Assembly: GCA_944385325.1 (NCBI GenBank)
Contig: CALWWT010000199.1
Location: 1-32,562, forward strand
Length of the DNA stretch: 32,562 bases
Direction of reading: 5' to 3'
From: an uncultured Clostridia bacterium
Lineage (GTDB): Bacteria > Bacillota > Clostridia > Oscillospirales > Ruminococcaceae
Positions within the stretch are counted from its first letter, which is position 1. Every line of letters starts with the position of its first letter. Below the pieces are notes generated by a model. The model did not search any database and was not told the DNA's origin. It saw only the letters and a program-made list of their open reading frames with translations. Of this stretch, positions 1 to 8,964 are shown piece after piece. The position numbers and the translations under genes were made by a program.

Positions 1-127
1 ACTTCTGGTTTGCAACGGTGCAGGAAGTCTTGCATGCAGACTGGCAGGAAGCCTGGCACTCGCCGCAGCCGCCTTTAGCAGCGGACTCTTTCAGATTGCT
101 TTTGTTGAGAGACTGAACGTGTTTCAT
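1..127 (-). CDS. scfA: SCIFF (six-cysteines-in-forty-five) ranthipeptide precursor, C-terminal few residues cut by window edge
   Basis: Minus-strand ATG at 127..125 translates to MKHVQSLNKSNLKESAAKGGCGECQASCQSACKTSCTVANQK. The GGCGECQxSCQSACKTSCTV core is the SCIFF signature. It is absent from the ORF track because it runs off the window. It lies downstream of yajC and a small membrane protein, as in other Clostridia. Confidence 0.85.
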   Translation of the reverse strand, partial: MKHVQSLNKSNLKESAAKGGCGECQASCQSACKTSCTVANQK

Positions 128-184
128 TAAAAACGCTCCTTTACTATGTATTTGGGTTTATCCCCTGCCAATTAAGGGCAGGAT

Positions 185-607
185 TTACAACGGCCTTCTC
201 CGCGGTCTTACCCGTGATCTGGCCTTTCCCGGCTTGAATTTTGCTCTTTTCCCGGACACCATCCCAGCGCCAGCCGCTCCCGCCAGCAGCAGTACTCCGC
301 CCCGCAGCAGTTCACCCATTCCCGGGCTTCGCAGCAGCAAAAGCGACATTCCCCACAGCAGTACGGCGGCAATCACTCCGCACAGTTCTTTCCGTTCTCC
401 GGCAAATCCGCTCCCAAATCCTCCGGAAGCGAGTCCGCCCAGGCAGATCGGAACCCATACCAGCATCGGATAACTGGACAGCGCCATCTCCAGCTTTACC
501 GCACACAGTGCCGACAGCGGCATCATCACCGCCGTCACCGCACTGCCTGCCAGCAGTCCGATGGCAATCGGAAAAAGAAATCCCCTGACCGACCATTTTG
601 ACGGCAT
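185..607 (-). CDS. small glycine/alanine-rich multi-TM membrane protein (position fits the TIGR04086-type gene between yajC and scfA)
   Basis: ORF 185..643, with a likely start at the internal Met (MPSKWSVRG, 607). It has about four hydrophobic segments and a basic C-tail. The family name is recalled from the conserved neighbourhood, not from a search. Confidence 0.5.
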   Translation of the reverse strand: MPSKWSVRGFLFPIAIGLLAGSAVTAVMMPLSALCAVKLEMALSSYPMLVWVPICLGGLASGGFGSGFAGERKELCGVIAAVLLWGMSLLLLRSPGMGELLRGGVLLLAGAAGAGMVSGKRAKFKPGKARSRVRPRRRPL

Positions 608-662
608 ATTACCACCCCTTTTTGATTCATGGATGGTAAACAATATGCGTCAGAACTTAAAA

Positions 663-989
663 TCAGACGTCGTCGTGAATGGTTTCGCAGGACTGAACCG
701 CCCAGCGTTTGATACGGATCTTGGTATTATTGCTTCCGGTTTCGATCAGCAGGGTATCCTCACGCAGCGAAACAACGCGGCCAACAATACCACCGGCAGT
801 CACGATCTCATCGCCGACCTGCAGGTTATTGCGCATTTTGGTAACTTCTTTTTCTTTCTTTTTCTGCGGACGAATCAACATAAAATACATGACGACAATA
901 ACCAGCGCCAGCGGCAGCATGGAAACAACCAGAGACAATACACCGGCCTGCTCACCAGCAGCAGCCGTCATCAGAGCGGTAGAAATCAT
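663..989 (-). CDS. yajC: preprotein translocase subunit YajC
   Basis: 108 aa with a single N-terminal TM segment, followed by MLIRPQKKKEKE and LQVGDEIVTAGGIVGRV, the typical YajC motif. An SD (GGAGGA) lies upstream. Confidence 0.9.
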   Translation of the reverse strand: MISTALMTAAAGEQAGVLSLVVSMLPLALVIVVMYFMLIRPQKKKEKEVTKMRNNLQVGDEIVTAGGIVGRVVSLREDTLLIETGSNNTKIRIKRWAVQSCETIHDDV

Positions 990-1044
990 AGTTTTCCTCC
1001 AGATTTATGAGTATTCAGGCAATTATTCACCTGTATCAACCTAT

Positions 1045-1073
1045 ATTATACATGACAAACAGCGGATTCGCAA
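1045..1073 (-). promoter_or_regulatory. sigma-A type promoter for yajC
   Basis: The minus strand reads TTGCGA (1073..1068), a 17-nt spacer, then TATAAT (1050..1045), about 55 nt upstream of the yajC start. Confidence 0.5.
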
Positions 1074-1124
1074 GGGGGAAGATCGGATTTTCAAAAGGTT
1101 TTAACAAAATTTCCGGTACTCCGG

Positions 1125-1766
1125 TCATTTTTCGCCGTTTACCTGTGCAGACGGGCAGAATCCGGTCATCGGGCATTTATCGCACCATGTCTTGCGCGCG
1201 GTACAGATATCCCTTCCAAAATGCACCAGCCGATGGCAGAAAGCGCCGCCTTCTTCCGGTGGGATCACCTGCCAAAGCTGCTGTTCCACCTTATATGGGT
1301 CTTTGCCTTCCGACAATCCCAGCCTTCCGCAGATGCGGATGCAGTGAGTATCGGTGACGATGCAGGGTTTGCCAAAAACATCACCCAGCACAAGGTTAGC
1401 TGTTTTGCGTCCGATTCCGGGCAGAGAAGTCAGCCCTTCCATTGTATCGGGAAGCTGACCGCCCCATTTTTCGATCAGTTCACCGCAAAGTGCTTTGATA
1501 TCCCGTGCCTTGGTATGGAACAATCCGCAGGGACGGATGACTTCCTCAAGGTCTTCAATTGGAGCCGAAGCGAGTGCTTCAAGGGTCGGATACTTGCTGT
1601 ACAGCTCATCGGTGACGATATTGACCCGTTTATCGGTACATTGTGCGGAAAGTCTGGTTGAAATCAGCAGTTCATACGGCTTTTCATAGGTCAGCGAACA
1701 AACCGCGTCCGGATACAGTGTTTTCAGCGCATCGATTGCCAGCAACGCCCGTTTTTTTCTATCCAT
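1125..1766 (-). CDS. nth: endonuclease III (HhH-GPD DNA glycosylase with C-terminal 4Fe-4S cluster loop)
   Basis: ORF 1125..1805. The start is assigned to the ATG at 1766 (MDRKKRALLAI), which has GGAGG 7 nt upstream. Motifs: LPGIGRKTANLVL helix-hairpin-helix, the catalytic D in VDTH, and CxxxxxxCxxCxxxxxC (CTARKTWCDKCPMTGFC). Confidence 0.9.
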   Translation of the reverse strand: MDRKKRALLAIDALKTLYPDAVCSLTYEKPYELLISTRLSAQCTDKRVNIVTDELYSKYPTLEALASAPIEDLEEVIRPCGLFHTKARDIKALCGELIEKWGGQLPDTMEGLTSLPGIGRKTANLVLGDVFGKPCIVTDTHCIRICGRLGLSEGKDPYKVEQQLWQVIPPEEGGAFCHRLVHFGRDICTARKTWCDKCPMTGFCPSAQVNGEK

Positions 1767-1779
1767 CTTCATTCCTCCG

Positions 1780-3162
1780 TCAGTTATCCAGCTGCTGCGG
1801 CGCACCCTCTCCGGTTACGTCCCGCATCCAGTGATGGTTACGCATCCGCCAGACAAGCATCAGCAGTTTGACCGGCTCATCCAGCTTGGTACATGCATAT
1901 ACCACCAATACCGGTGCGCCAAAGACAAATGCACTCAAGAGTGCAGCCGGTGTTGCAAACAGCCAAAGTCCAGCAAGATCGACAAACAGTGCAAACCTTG
2001 GGTCCCCGCCGCCTCGCAGCAGACCGACTACACCGATACCCGTCTGGGCAACAAACAGAACAATGACTGCCAATACCCTCAGCATTTCAATAGCGAGCTG
2101 TTTGGTTTCCTGCGGCACGTTGTAAAAGCTGACAACCGGTCCGGACAGCCCAAGAATTAGACAGGAAGCGAAAACACCCAGAATTACACCGATAATTCTG
2201 AACCAGGTTACCCTTTCTCTTGCGCGTTCCATTTTTCCGGCACCGATATCGTTACCGATGATAATAGCGGCGGCATTCGCAACACCAAAAATCAAGACCG
2301 ACGAAAACTGCTGGACAATAGACGCGATCTGGCTTGCCGAAACAACCGACGCGCCAAGTCTTCCCATAACCATCGACTGGATAGAGATACCGACCGACCA
2401 AAGCACTTCGTTAAACGCAACCGGCAGACCGTTTTTCAGGTAGTTTTTGAGCAACCCAACGTCAAACTCCCAGAAGTCCCTGATTTTAAACCGCAGCTTA
2501 CGGTCGATCACTAAGATGTATATCAACACGATGATTGCCTCACCCATTCTGGCAATGACCGTCGCAATGGCAGCGCCTCGGATACCCAGTTTCGGGAATC
2601 CGAAACTGCCGAAAATCAACAGGTAATTCAGACCCGTATTGCACACCAGTGAAAATATCGAGTCGATGACCGCTATACGAACGGTTCCAACACTTCGGAT
2701 AGTCGTCAGCAGCGTATTGGACAAACCAAAAAAGAAATAGCACAGACCAATAATCCTCAGATATTCTGCACCTGCCGCGATGATCTCCGGATCGTCGGTA
2801 TAAATCCGCATCACCGTTTCCGGGAAAAACATAACGGCTGCTCCCAGCAGGATACTAACGGTAAGTGCCACTTTCAAGCAAATAGAGATAACGATTTTAA
2901 TCGACCGTACATCCCCTTTTCCCCAAAACTGTGCGTTCAAAACACTCGAACCGGACGCCATCCCGAAAATCAACAGGTTAAAAATAAAAAATGGCTGGTT
3001 TGCCAGCGACGAAGCCGACAATTCAATCTGTCCCAGCCTTCCCAGCATCAAACTGTCCATCATCTGTGCCGCAAGGGTAATCAGGTTCTGCGCCACCATC
3101 GGCAGCATCAGCGTGACCAGTGTCTTCAAAAACTGACGGTCCTTAAACATCGAGCGTGACAT
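1780..3162 (-). CDS. MATE family efflux transporter
   Basis: 460 aa with about 12 TM segments. N-terminus is LPMVAQNLITLAAQMMDSLMLGRLG, with a duplicated half bearing GLPVAFNEVLWSVG, the typical MatE repeat organisation. Confidence 0.9.
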   Translation of the reverse strand: MSRSMFKDRQFLKTLVTLMLPMVAQNLITLAAQMMDSLMLGRLGQIELSASSLANQPFFIFNLLIFGMASGSSVLNAQFWGKGDVRSIKIVISICLKVALTVSILLGAAVMFFPETVMRIYTDDPEIIAAGAEYLRIIGLCYFFFGLSNTLLTTIRSVGTVRIAVIDSIFSLVCNTGLNYLLIFGSFGFPKLGIRGAAIATVIARMGEAIIVLIYILVIDRKLRFKIRDFWEFDVGLLKNYLKNGLPVAFNEVLWSVGISIQSMVMGRLGASVVSASQIASIVQQFSSVLIFGVANAAAIIIGNDIGAGKMERARERVTWFRIIGVILGVFASCLILGLSGPVVSFYNVPQETKQLAIEMLRVLAVIVLFVAQTGIGVVGLLRGGGDPRFALFVDLAGLWLFATPAALLSAFVFGAPVLVVYACTKLDEPVKLLMLVWRMRNHHWMRDVTGEGAPQQLDN

Positions 3163-3209
3163 TGCCTAATCCATTCCTTTCCAAAATATTCACGTTTAAC
3201 CGCATAAAG

Positions 3210-3243
3210 TCGGCGGACTGCAATCCTTTATCCTGTCCGCCGA
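3210..3243 (-). terminator. stem-loop after the DivIVA-like gene
   Basis: TCGGCGGAC (3210..3218) pairs with GTCCGCCGA (3235..3243) as a 9-bp perfect stem. On the minus strand it is followed by CTTTAT, a weak U-tract. Confidence 0.4.
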
Positions 3244-3258
3244 TTGATACACATATTC

Positions 3259-4032
3259 TCAATATTTTACATAATCTTCCGCAGCCGGGATCATCGACTG
3301 ATCGGCATTGAGTACCCGTGTTGCTTCCCTAGCCTCTTCCGATTGATTGTCCAGTTCGCCCTGAATAGCGGCAAGCTGCTGACGTACCTGTTCGATCTCC
3401 TGTATCGTCTCTTCCGATACAGCGCGGAAATTTTCCTCCACTCCGCTCAGCTGGTCGCTCAGACCGGAAAAGCGGGTCTTTGCCTCACCGCACCGGCTGG
3501 TGATATTGGTGCGGATTTCTTCAGCATCCGCTTTGGCTTTTTCAATGATCTTTCGGGCATTGATCTTTGCCTGAATCAGCAGTTCCCCGATCTCAATCCC
3601 GGTACGTTCGGCAAAACGCGCGGTTATATCCGCAAGTTCGCTTTGCAGTTCCTCATTTTTTGCCGTTTCCTGACGCAGATTTTCTTCCAATACATTCTTC
3701 TTCATTTGCAGCTGGGTATTAAGCGCCTTTTGTGCGGAAAGTTCCCGCTGGAGTTCCTCATTCTTTTTGCGCAGGACTTCCATCTGACCGGAAAGCTGCT
3801 CAGTCTCCTCACCCATTTCGCGCAGCTGCAAAGTCATCTGCCCAATTGTCTCCGACTGATCGTCACACTGATCCTGAAGGGCAGTTGCCTGCTGCCGGAC
3901 GGCTGCCAGCTCAGACTTAAGGGCTGTAATTTCCTCTCTGTGCTTTTTCTGGGTCTTCTCAAAATAATTCATAACATCGGTTTTATCAAAGCCGCCGATG
4001 ACCGCTTTTTTAAACAGCTCCGCCGATTCCAT
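3259..4032 (-). CDS. DivIVA-domain-like coiled-coil protein
   Basis: ORF 3259..4062, with a probable start at MESAELFKKAVIGGFDKTDVMNYFEK (4032). The GFDxxDV-xxF N-terminus resembles DivIVA-domain starts. The rest is E/Q/L-rich heptad-like coiled coil. Confidence 0.55.
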   Translation of the reverse strand: MESAELFKKAVIGGFDKTDVMNYFEKTQKKHREEITALKSELAAVRQQATALQDQCDDQSETIGQMTLQLREMGEETEQLSGQMEVLRKKNEELQRELSAQKALNTQLQMKKNVLEENLRQETAKNEELQSELADITARFAERTGIEIGELLIQAKINARKIIEKAKADAEEIRTNITSRCGEAKTRFSGLSDQLSGVEENFRAVSEETIQEIEQVRQQLAAIQGELDNQSEEAREATRVLNADQSMIPAAEDYVKY

Positions 4033-4160
4033 TTTTCGCCGCTCCTTTCGTACCTGCGCCAAAAAAGGCGCAAATAATACATCTTCTTCATTATACAGGA
4101 TAGCTTCCCGTTTGTCCAGCCGTTAATAATTGGCTGTCATTTTCATTTTTTGAGCAGACA

Positions 4161-4190
4161 AAAAGCGCATTGCCACCGCAATGCGCTTTT
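4161..4190 (-). terminator. rho-independent terminator of the DUF1538/PII operon (bidirectional shape)
   Basis: AAAAGCGCATTGC-cacc-GCAATGCGCTTTT is a perfect 9-bp GC-rich stem flanked by A and T runs, 20 nt past the stop of the PII-like gene. Confidence 0.75.
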
Positions 4191-4211
4191 GCATCCAATC
4201 AGATCATCTTC

Positions 4212-4907
4212 TCATACGGTTTCCTGTTCCAGTTCTTCCGTCAGCCGCAAACCTGCCGTATCGGTAACCGGGAGAGAAAAAACAATACTTTTTGCCTTGC
4301 TCTTCATGCCGGCATGGTCCATGATCGCCCGCATAACCGGATTTTTGCGTTCCTGGCGGACAACAATCAGTACCATTTCCTTTTCTGCTGCCAGTTTGAC
4401 ACCCAGAAACTGCTCCGCTTTTTCCATACCGGTTCCCTTTGCGTGAATAACTGTACCGCCGCCGGCACCTGCTTCACGGGCCGCGTCCATGACCATTTCG
4501 GTATATCCAAGGTTGGTGACAATTACCAGCAATTCATATCTGGTTTCCTTCAAACTGCTCTCCTCCCCCAATTCAAAATTCTGTCCGCTGGTCAGAAATT
4601 CCAGCTGTCTTTTTCCGCCAATGCTGCTGACCGGTACAATAAAACTGATTCCGGTTCCCGGAATGTCAATCCGCAGCCTGGAACGCATCCCGGACTTGAC
4701 CCGTCTCCAGGTTTCTCCGGTCACGATGGACAAAATCACCGTCTTGTCGCTGGCTTCCAAACCAAAATAGTCCAGCATTTCACTGGCAGCCGTCCCGCGT
4801 CCGACTGTCGCCAGCATCAGTTCCAGACCTTCACCTTCATAAAGTTCCAAAAACCTTCGGGTATCGGGACGGTTTACGATAGTGATCATCAAATTCAGTT
4901 CGTTCAT
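4212..4907 (-). CDS. tandem PII-like (GlnB-fold) signalling protein
   Basis: 231 aa in two halves of about 100 aa, each with a beta-alpha-beta start (LMITIVNRPD and LLVIVTNLGY) and a G-rich T-loop-like segment (ATVGRGTAAS and HAKGTGMEKA). It lies 11 nt downstream of the DUF1538 gene, and PII-like genes are recurrent DUF1538 partners. Confidence 0.65.
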   Translation of the reverse strand: MNELNLMITIVNRPDTRRFLELYEGEGLELMLATVGRGTAASEMLDYFGLEASDKTVILSIVTGETWRRVKSGMRSRLRIDIPGTGISFIVPVSSIGGKRQLEFLTSGQNFELGEESSLKETRYELLVIVTNLGYTEMVMDAAREAGAGGGTVIHAKGTGMEKAEQFLGVKLAAEKEMVLIVVRQERKNPVMRAIMDHAGMKSKAKSIVFSLPVTDTAGLRLTEELEQETV

Positions 4908-4918
4908 AGTCCCACCCC

Positions 4919-6445
4919 TTACAATTCAATAATCGCATCATCGTCAAACGCCGCAAGTGCACCGGCAGGTGCAGAAACCGCTGTCCTGCTCTTTTTCAGC
5001 TGGGAAACCAGTCCCATCACCTGCACCGTAATCAACGGCGTCATGGCTACCATCGCAACCACGCCAAAAGCATCCGTTACCAGATTCCCGCCGACCGCAA
5101 TGCAGGCGCCCTGTGCCAGCGGCAATAAAAATGCAGCCGTCATCGGACCGGAAGCGACACCGCCCGAGTCAAAGGCGATGGCGGTATAGATCTTCGGGAC
5201 AAAAAAGGAAATCCCGATTGCGATCGCGTATCCCGGAATCAAAAACCACATGATCGAAATCCCGGTCAGCACCCGTACCATTGCAAGCCCAAGCGATACC
5301 GCAACGCCAATCGACAGCGCTGTTCCCATTGCACCGGCAGAGATCGCACCGTCCGTCATTTCCTCAACCTGATGGTTCAGGACATAAACTGCCGGCTCGG
5401 CTTTTACAATAAAGTAGCCCATCACCATTGCGACCGGAATCAGCAGCCAGCCGGTTGTGCCGGTTGCCAGTTCCTGTCCGAGAAAGTTGCCGGCAGGCAT
5501 AAAACCAACGTTCACGCCGGTCAGAAACAGTACAAGCCCGATATATGTATATCCCAAGCCGATCAGGATTTTCACAAGATTGCGTCCCGACAGTCTCAGC
5601 GACACAACCTGAAACACCGCAAAAAATAAAATAATCGGCAGCAGCGAAACGGCAATTTCCCGAATATAATCCGGGAAACCATCTGCAAACAGACCCCACA
5701 ATTCTTTTGAATCAGCAATTTCCGGCACTGCCGTTATCTGATATTCACTTTCTGTCGGACGGTAGATCATCCCCAGCAGCATGACCGCCAGAATCGGTCC
5801 GACCGAACAGAGCGCAACCAGGCCAAACGAGTCATCCGCGGCATGACGGTCACTTCGGATTGCCGAGATACCGACGCCCAGCGCCATGATAAACGGTACC
5901 GTCATCGGTCCGGTCGTAACACCGCCAGAATCAAACGCGACGCTCAAAAAACTCTCCGGAACAAAAATGGACAAAAGAAATACAATTGCGTAAAATACAA
6001 CCAACATTCGCGGCAGCGTAATACTGAACAGCATTCTCAGCAGCGCCATGACCAAAAACAGCCCGACCCCGCCTGCAACCGCCAAAATCAAGACCATATT
6101 CGGCACGGACGGCACCTGCGTAGCCAGTACCTGCAAATCTGGTTCAGATATCGTGATAATAAAACCCAGTAAAAAAGATATCAATATAACCAGCCACAGT
6201 TTTCTGCTTCGGGTCATACTTGTGCCGATTCGTTCTCCCATCGGCGTCATTGCCATCTCAGCGCCCAGGGTGAAAAACATCATCCCGACAATAATCAGCA
6301 CTGCTCCCATTAAAAAGCACAACAGGATGCTCGGTGAAATAGGCGCGACGGAAAAACACAGCAGCAATACAATGCCGATAATCGGCAATACAGCCTGTAA
6401 GGATTCCTGTAATTTTTCCTGTAGTCTTTTGGTACTTGCGATCAA
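4919..6445 (-). CDS. fused double DUF1538 integral membrane protein
   Basis: 508 aa, TTG start with AAGGAGAGGAG upstream. An internal repeat is obvious: AFDSGGVTTGPMTVPF in half 1 and AFDSGGVASGPMTAAF in half 2. It is strongly hydrophobic throughout. Confidence 0.7.
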   Translation of the reverse strand: MIASTKRLQEKLQESLQAVLPIIGIVLLLCFSVAPISPSILLCFLMGAVLIIVGMMFFTLGAEMAMTPMGERIGTSMTRSRKLWLVILISFLLGFIITISEPDLQVLATQVPSVPNMVLILAVAGGVGLFLVMALLRMLFSITLPRMLVVFYAIVFLLSIFVPESFLSVAFDSGGVTTGPMTVPFIMALGVGISAIRSDRHAADDSFGLVALCSVGPILAVMLLGMIYRPTESEYQITAVPEIADSKELWGLFADGFPDYIREIAVSLLPIILFFAVFQVVSLRLSGRNLVKILIGLGYTYIGLVLFLTGVNVGFMPAGNFLGQELATGTTGWLLIPVAMVMGYFIVKAEPAVYVLNHQVEEMTDGAISAGAMGTALSIGVAVSLGLAMVRVLTGISIMWFLIPGYAIAIGISFFVPKIYTAIAFDSGGVASGPMTAAFLLPLAQGACIAVGGNLVTDAFGVVAMVAMTPLITVQVMGLVSQLKKSRTAVSAPAGALAAFDDDAIIEL

Positions 6446-6633
6446 ACGCTCCTCTCCTTTCCGCTCGGTGAAATAGTTTTATATATACTCGGCTCATCCG
6501 CTTAAATGGAAGATCTTTTTCAGTATATATATAATTATAACACGGCGGAAAAATTCTTACCAGTTATTTTCTCATAATATAACAGTTTTTTCACAACTAA
6601 AAAATAAATATCAATTATTATATGAATAAAAAA

Positions 6634-7407
6634 TTAAATAATTCTGACAATTCCCATTGGTGTCTGATCATTCCCCTGTCTGAGCGGATTATCGGCCAGA
6701 ATTTTTTCGAACAGCCGCAAATTCATCTCATCTGAACATCCAATTATTTCGCCGCCAATATCATTAAAATCAATGACAGCCACTCTGACGCCTTTCACCT
6801 GCAAACTGTCCCGGATACTTACCGCGACCTGGGAAGCATTTTTGGGGGAGAGGACGATCCACCGGTTATAGGGCGGTATTGTACAATCACAGGGTCCGTC
6901 AATGCCAGCGGCCTGTATTCCGGCGACCCGGTAAAACCAGCCATGTTTTCCAAATATTTTCCCCAATGCCCCAATGCCGGCCGCGATCAAAATTTTCAAC
7001 CTGCCGCACTCTTTCAGTGCGCACTCCATCGTTTCCGGAATGGCAAGTCCGATGCCATACGACGTCCGGGTGACAAACCAGGACAAAAAACGCGCAAGCA
7101 ACCCTGGGTGGATTTGCTCAGCCGGCATGGCACGCCCCTGGGCAATGGCTACGATTTTTTCAGTAATGATCAGGACATCACCCGGCTGTAAAAAAGGCTC
7201 CGCATATTGCCGTACAAATTCTTCAAGATCCTCCCCTACGGTCACCAGCGGCGTTTTGATACACAGCCTGCTGTAGCGTTCTCCGTCCACACGCACCGCT
7301 TCTGCACGGTCAAAATTCACCAGCAGCCCCGGAAAAGAAGATTCCCTTTGGATATGCTGTATTGTTTCGCGCTCATCGTTTAGCGTGTCCTTTCGCTCAA
7401 GCCGCAT
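6634..7407 (-). CDS. CofE-like (F420-0:gamma-glutamyl ligase family, PF01996-type) protein of unknown role
   Basis: 257 aa. The segments LIITEKIVAIAQGRA, AGIDGPCD and NPLRQGNDQTPMGIVR resemble the F420_ligase fold family as annotated in Firmicutes. The assignment is from memory of the family. Confidence 0.5.
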   Translation of the reverse strand: MRLERKDTLNDERETIQHIQRESSFPGLLVNFDRAEAVRVDGERYSRLCIKTPLVTVGEDLEEFVRQYAEPFLQPGDVLIITEKIVAIAQGRAMPAEQIHPGLLARFLSWFVTRTSYGIGLAIPETMECALKECGRLKILIAAGIGALGKIFGKHGWFYRVAGIQAAGIDGPCDCTIPPYNRWIVLSPKNASQVAVSIRDSLQVKGVRVAVIDFNDIGGEIIGCSDEMNLRLFEKILADNPLRQGNDQTPMGIVRII

Positions 7408-7517
7408 TTCATTTCCATCCTTTATCTGTTGATTTGAGGCATCAACTGCCTCCAGATACAGAATACAGCAATCACACTTTTGATACTTTGAGCAAAAGAA
7501 GGGAATTTCTTGAGATT

Positions 7518-8644
7518 TTATTCAGATTGTTTTTCAGTCTGTTCTTCCCGCAATATGGGAAGCAGTACCCGGAAAGTGATCTGCCCATTCTCACAGCTGG
7601 CTGATAAACTGCCTCCATGCAGACAGATAATATCCCGGGCAATGACCAGCCCTAGCCCGGCACCGCCTGTACTGCTGCCATTCGATGCACTTCCTCGTGA
7701 TGGGTCGCCGCGGTAAAAGCGCTCAAAAAACGTTCCAGCTGCTGCTGCGGAACCTGACCCGGGTTTGAAAAGGAAATGATACACCGATTGCCTTCAACTT
7801 CGGAAGCTATGGATATCTGCCCCTTTTCGCCATATGAAACCGCGTTGCGCAACAGGTTTTGCAGTGCCCGCGCAAGCTTGTCCGGGTCGGCATTTACAAT
7901 GATCGGCTCAGGCTGACCGGAAAGCCGGACGGTCATTCCGGCAGCAGCAGCCACCGGATAGGCTTCATCCGAAAGCTGGACCAGCATACACCCGATATCC
8001 ACCGGCTGCAGTTCCGGTCTGACCTGCTGAAAGGTCAGACGGGTCACATCAAAAAACTCCTCGATCAGTTTTTGCAGCTGCAACGCCTTGTCCAGTGCGA
8101 TATTCAGATATCTGCCTTCAATCGCCGCGCCCTGTTTCGGGAACTGCTTGAGCAGGCTCAGATATCCAATTACCGACGTCAGCGGCGTACGGATATCATG
8201 GGCAAGGTACAAAAGAAAATCGTTCTTTTTCTTTTCCGCTTCCCGCTCAGCAGCGGCAGCCGCCTGCAGTTGGCAGCGTACTTTTATCAGACGGACTTCC
8301 ATAAAATCCAGTTCCGGGCTGAGAATGATCGGCTGGTCACCCTTTACCAGCTGGTCGACCCCTTCAATGATTTCGTCAAAATACCGTGTGAACCGCAAAA
8401 TCAGCATCCGCATAAAGATCAGGAAAAACACCAGAAACGCATAAAACATCAGGTATTCTATGTTGGAACGGATATACACATGATACAGCGACTGAGCCTC
8501 AGACCAGCTGCATTCGTTTATCCGCATGAGCAATCCAGTCAGAATATTTCCAATTTTCTGATATCCCAACACCCTTATTGCCAGAATAATCAGAAAGGAT
8601 TTTGCCATAACTCCCAGCATTTCCCGGCAAATCTTCTGAACCAT
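7518..8644 (-). pseudogene. VanS-like sensor histidine kinase, frameshifted and probably N-terminally truncated
   Basis: ORF 7652..8644 carries the H-box YLAHDIRTPLTSVIGYLSLL and the N-box LQNLLRNAVSYG. ORF 7518..7784, in another frame, carries FERFYRGDPSR and the G2 box GGAGLGLVIARDI. The two frames meet at the T6 run at 7725..7730. Confidence 0.8.
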
Positions 8645-8844
8645 ATCTCCCGGCAGAGAGAAAAACCGTCTCCGTCCGGAAGCATGACATCCAGTATCGC
8701 AAGATCGATCTTCTGCTGCCCAATCGCCTGCAAAGCCTGATGCGCTGTATGACAGACAATTGTTTCAAAACCTTCGCTTTTGAGGCAGACTTCCAAAAGC
8801 TGTGCAATTTCCTTTTCGTCATCAACAACCAATACGACTGCCAT
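8590..8844 (-). pseudogene. OmpR/VanR-type response regulator remnant (receiver domain residues 1 to about 67 only)
   Basis: MAVVLVVDDEKEIAQLL through IDLAILDVMLPDGDGFSLCREI is a normal REC N-terminal half. Homology stops at about 8644 and the frame runs out of frame into the kinase gene. There is no alpha4-beta5 and no winged-helix output domain. Confidence 0.75.
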
Positions 8845-8964
8845 TTTTCCTGCTTCCCTTCTTTGAAAAAACTTTTCTTACCAGCCAGTATATCATATTT
8901 TAGCAGTAAAATGATTGAGATTTTTTGCAGATTGATTTCCGAGCCTCCCCTCCGAATCCGGAAG

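Noticed and set aside
7518-8844. A vancomycin-resistance island (VanRS-like genes plus ddl and murF-like genes in the same window).
   Set aside because: The two-component genes are inactivated and lie 20 kb from the ddl-containing operon. No vanH, vanX or vanY-like genes are present. The ligase's specificity cannot be judged by eye.
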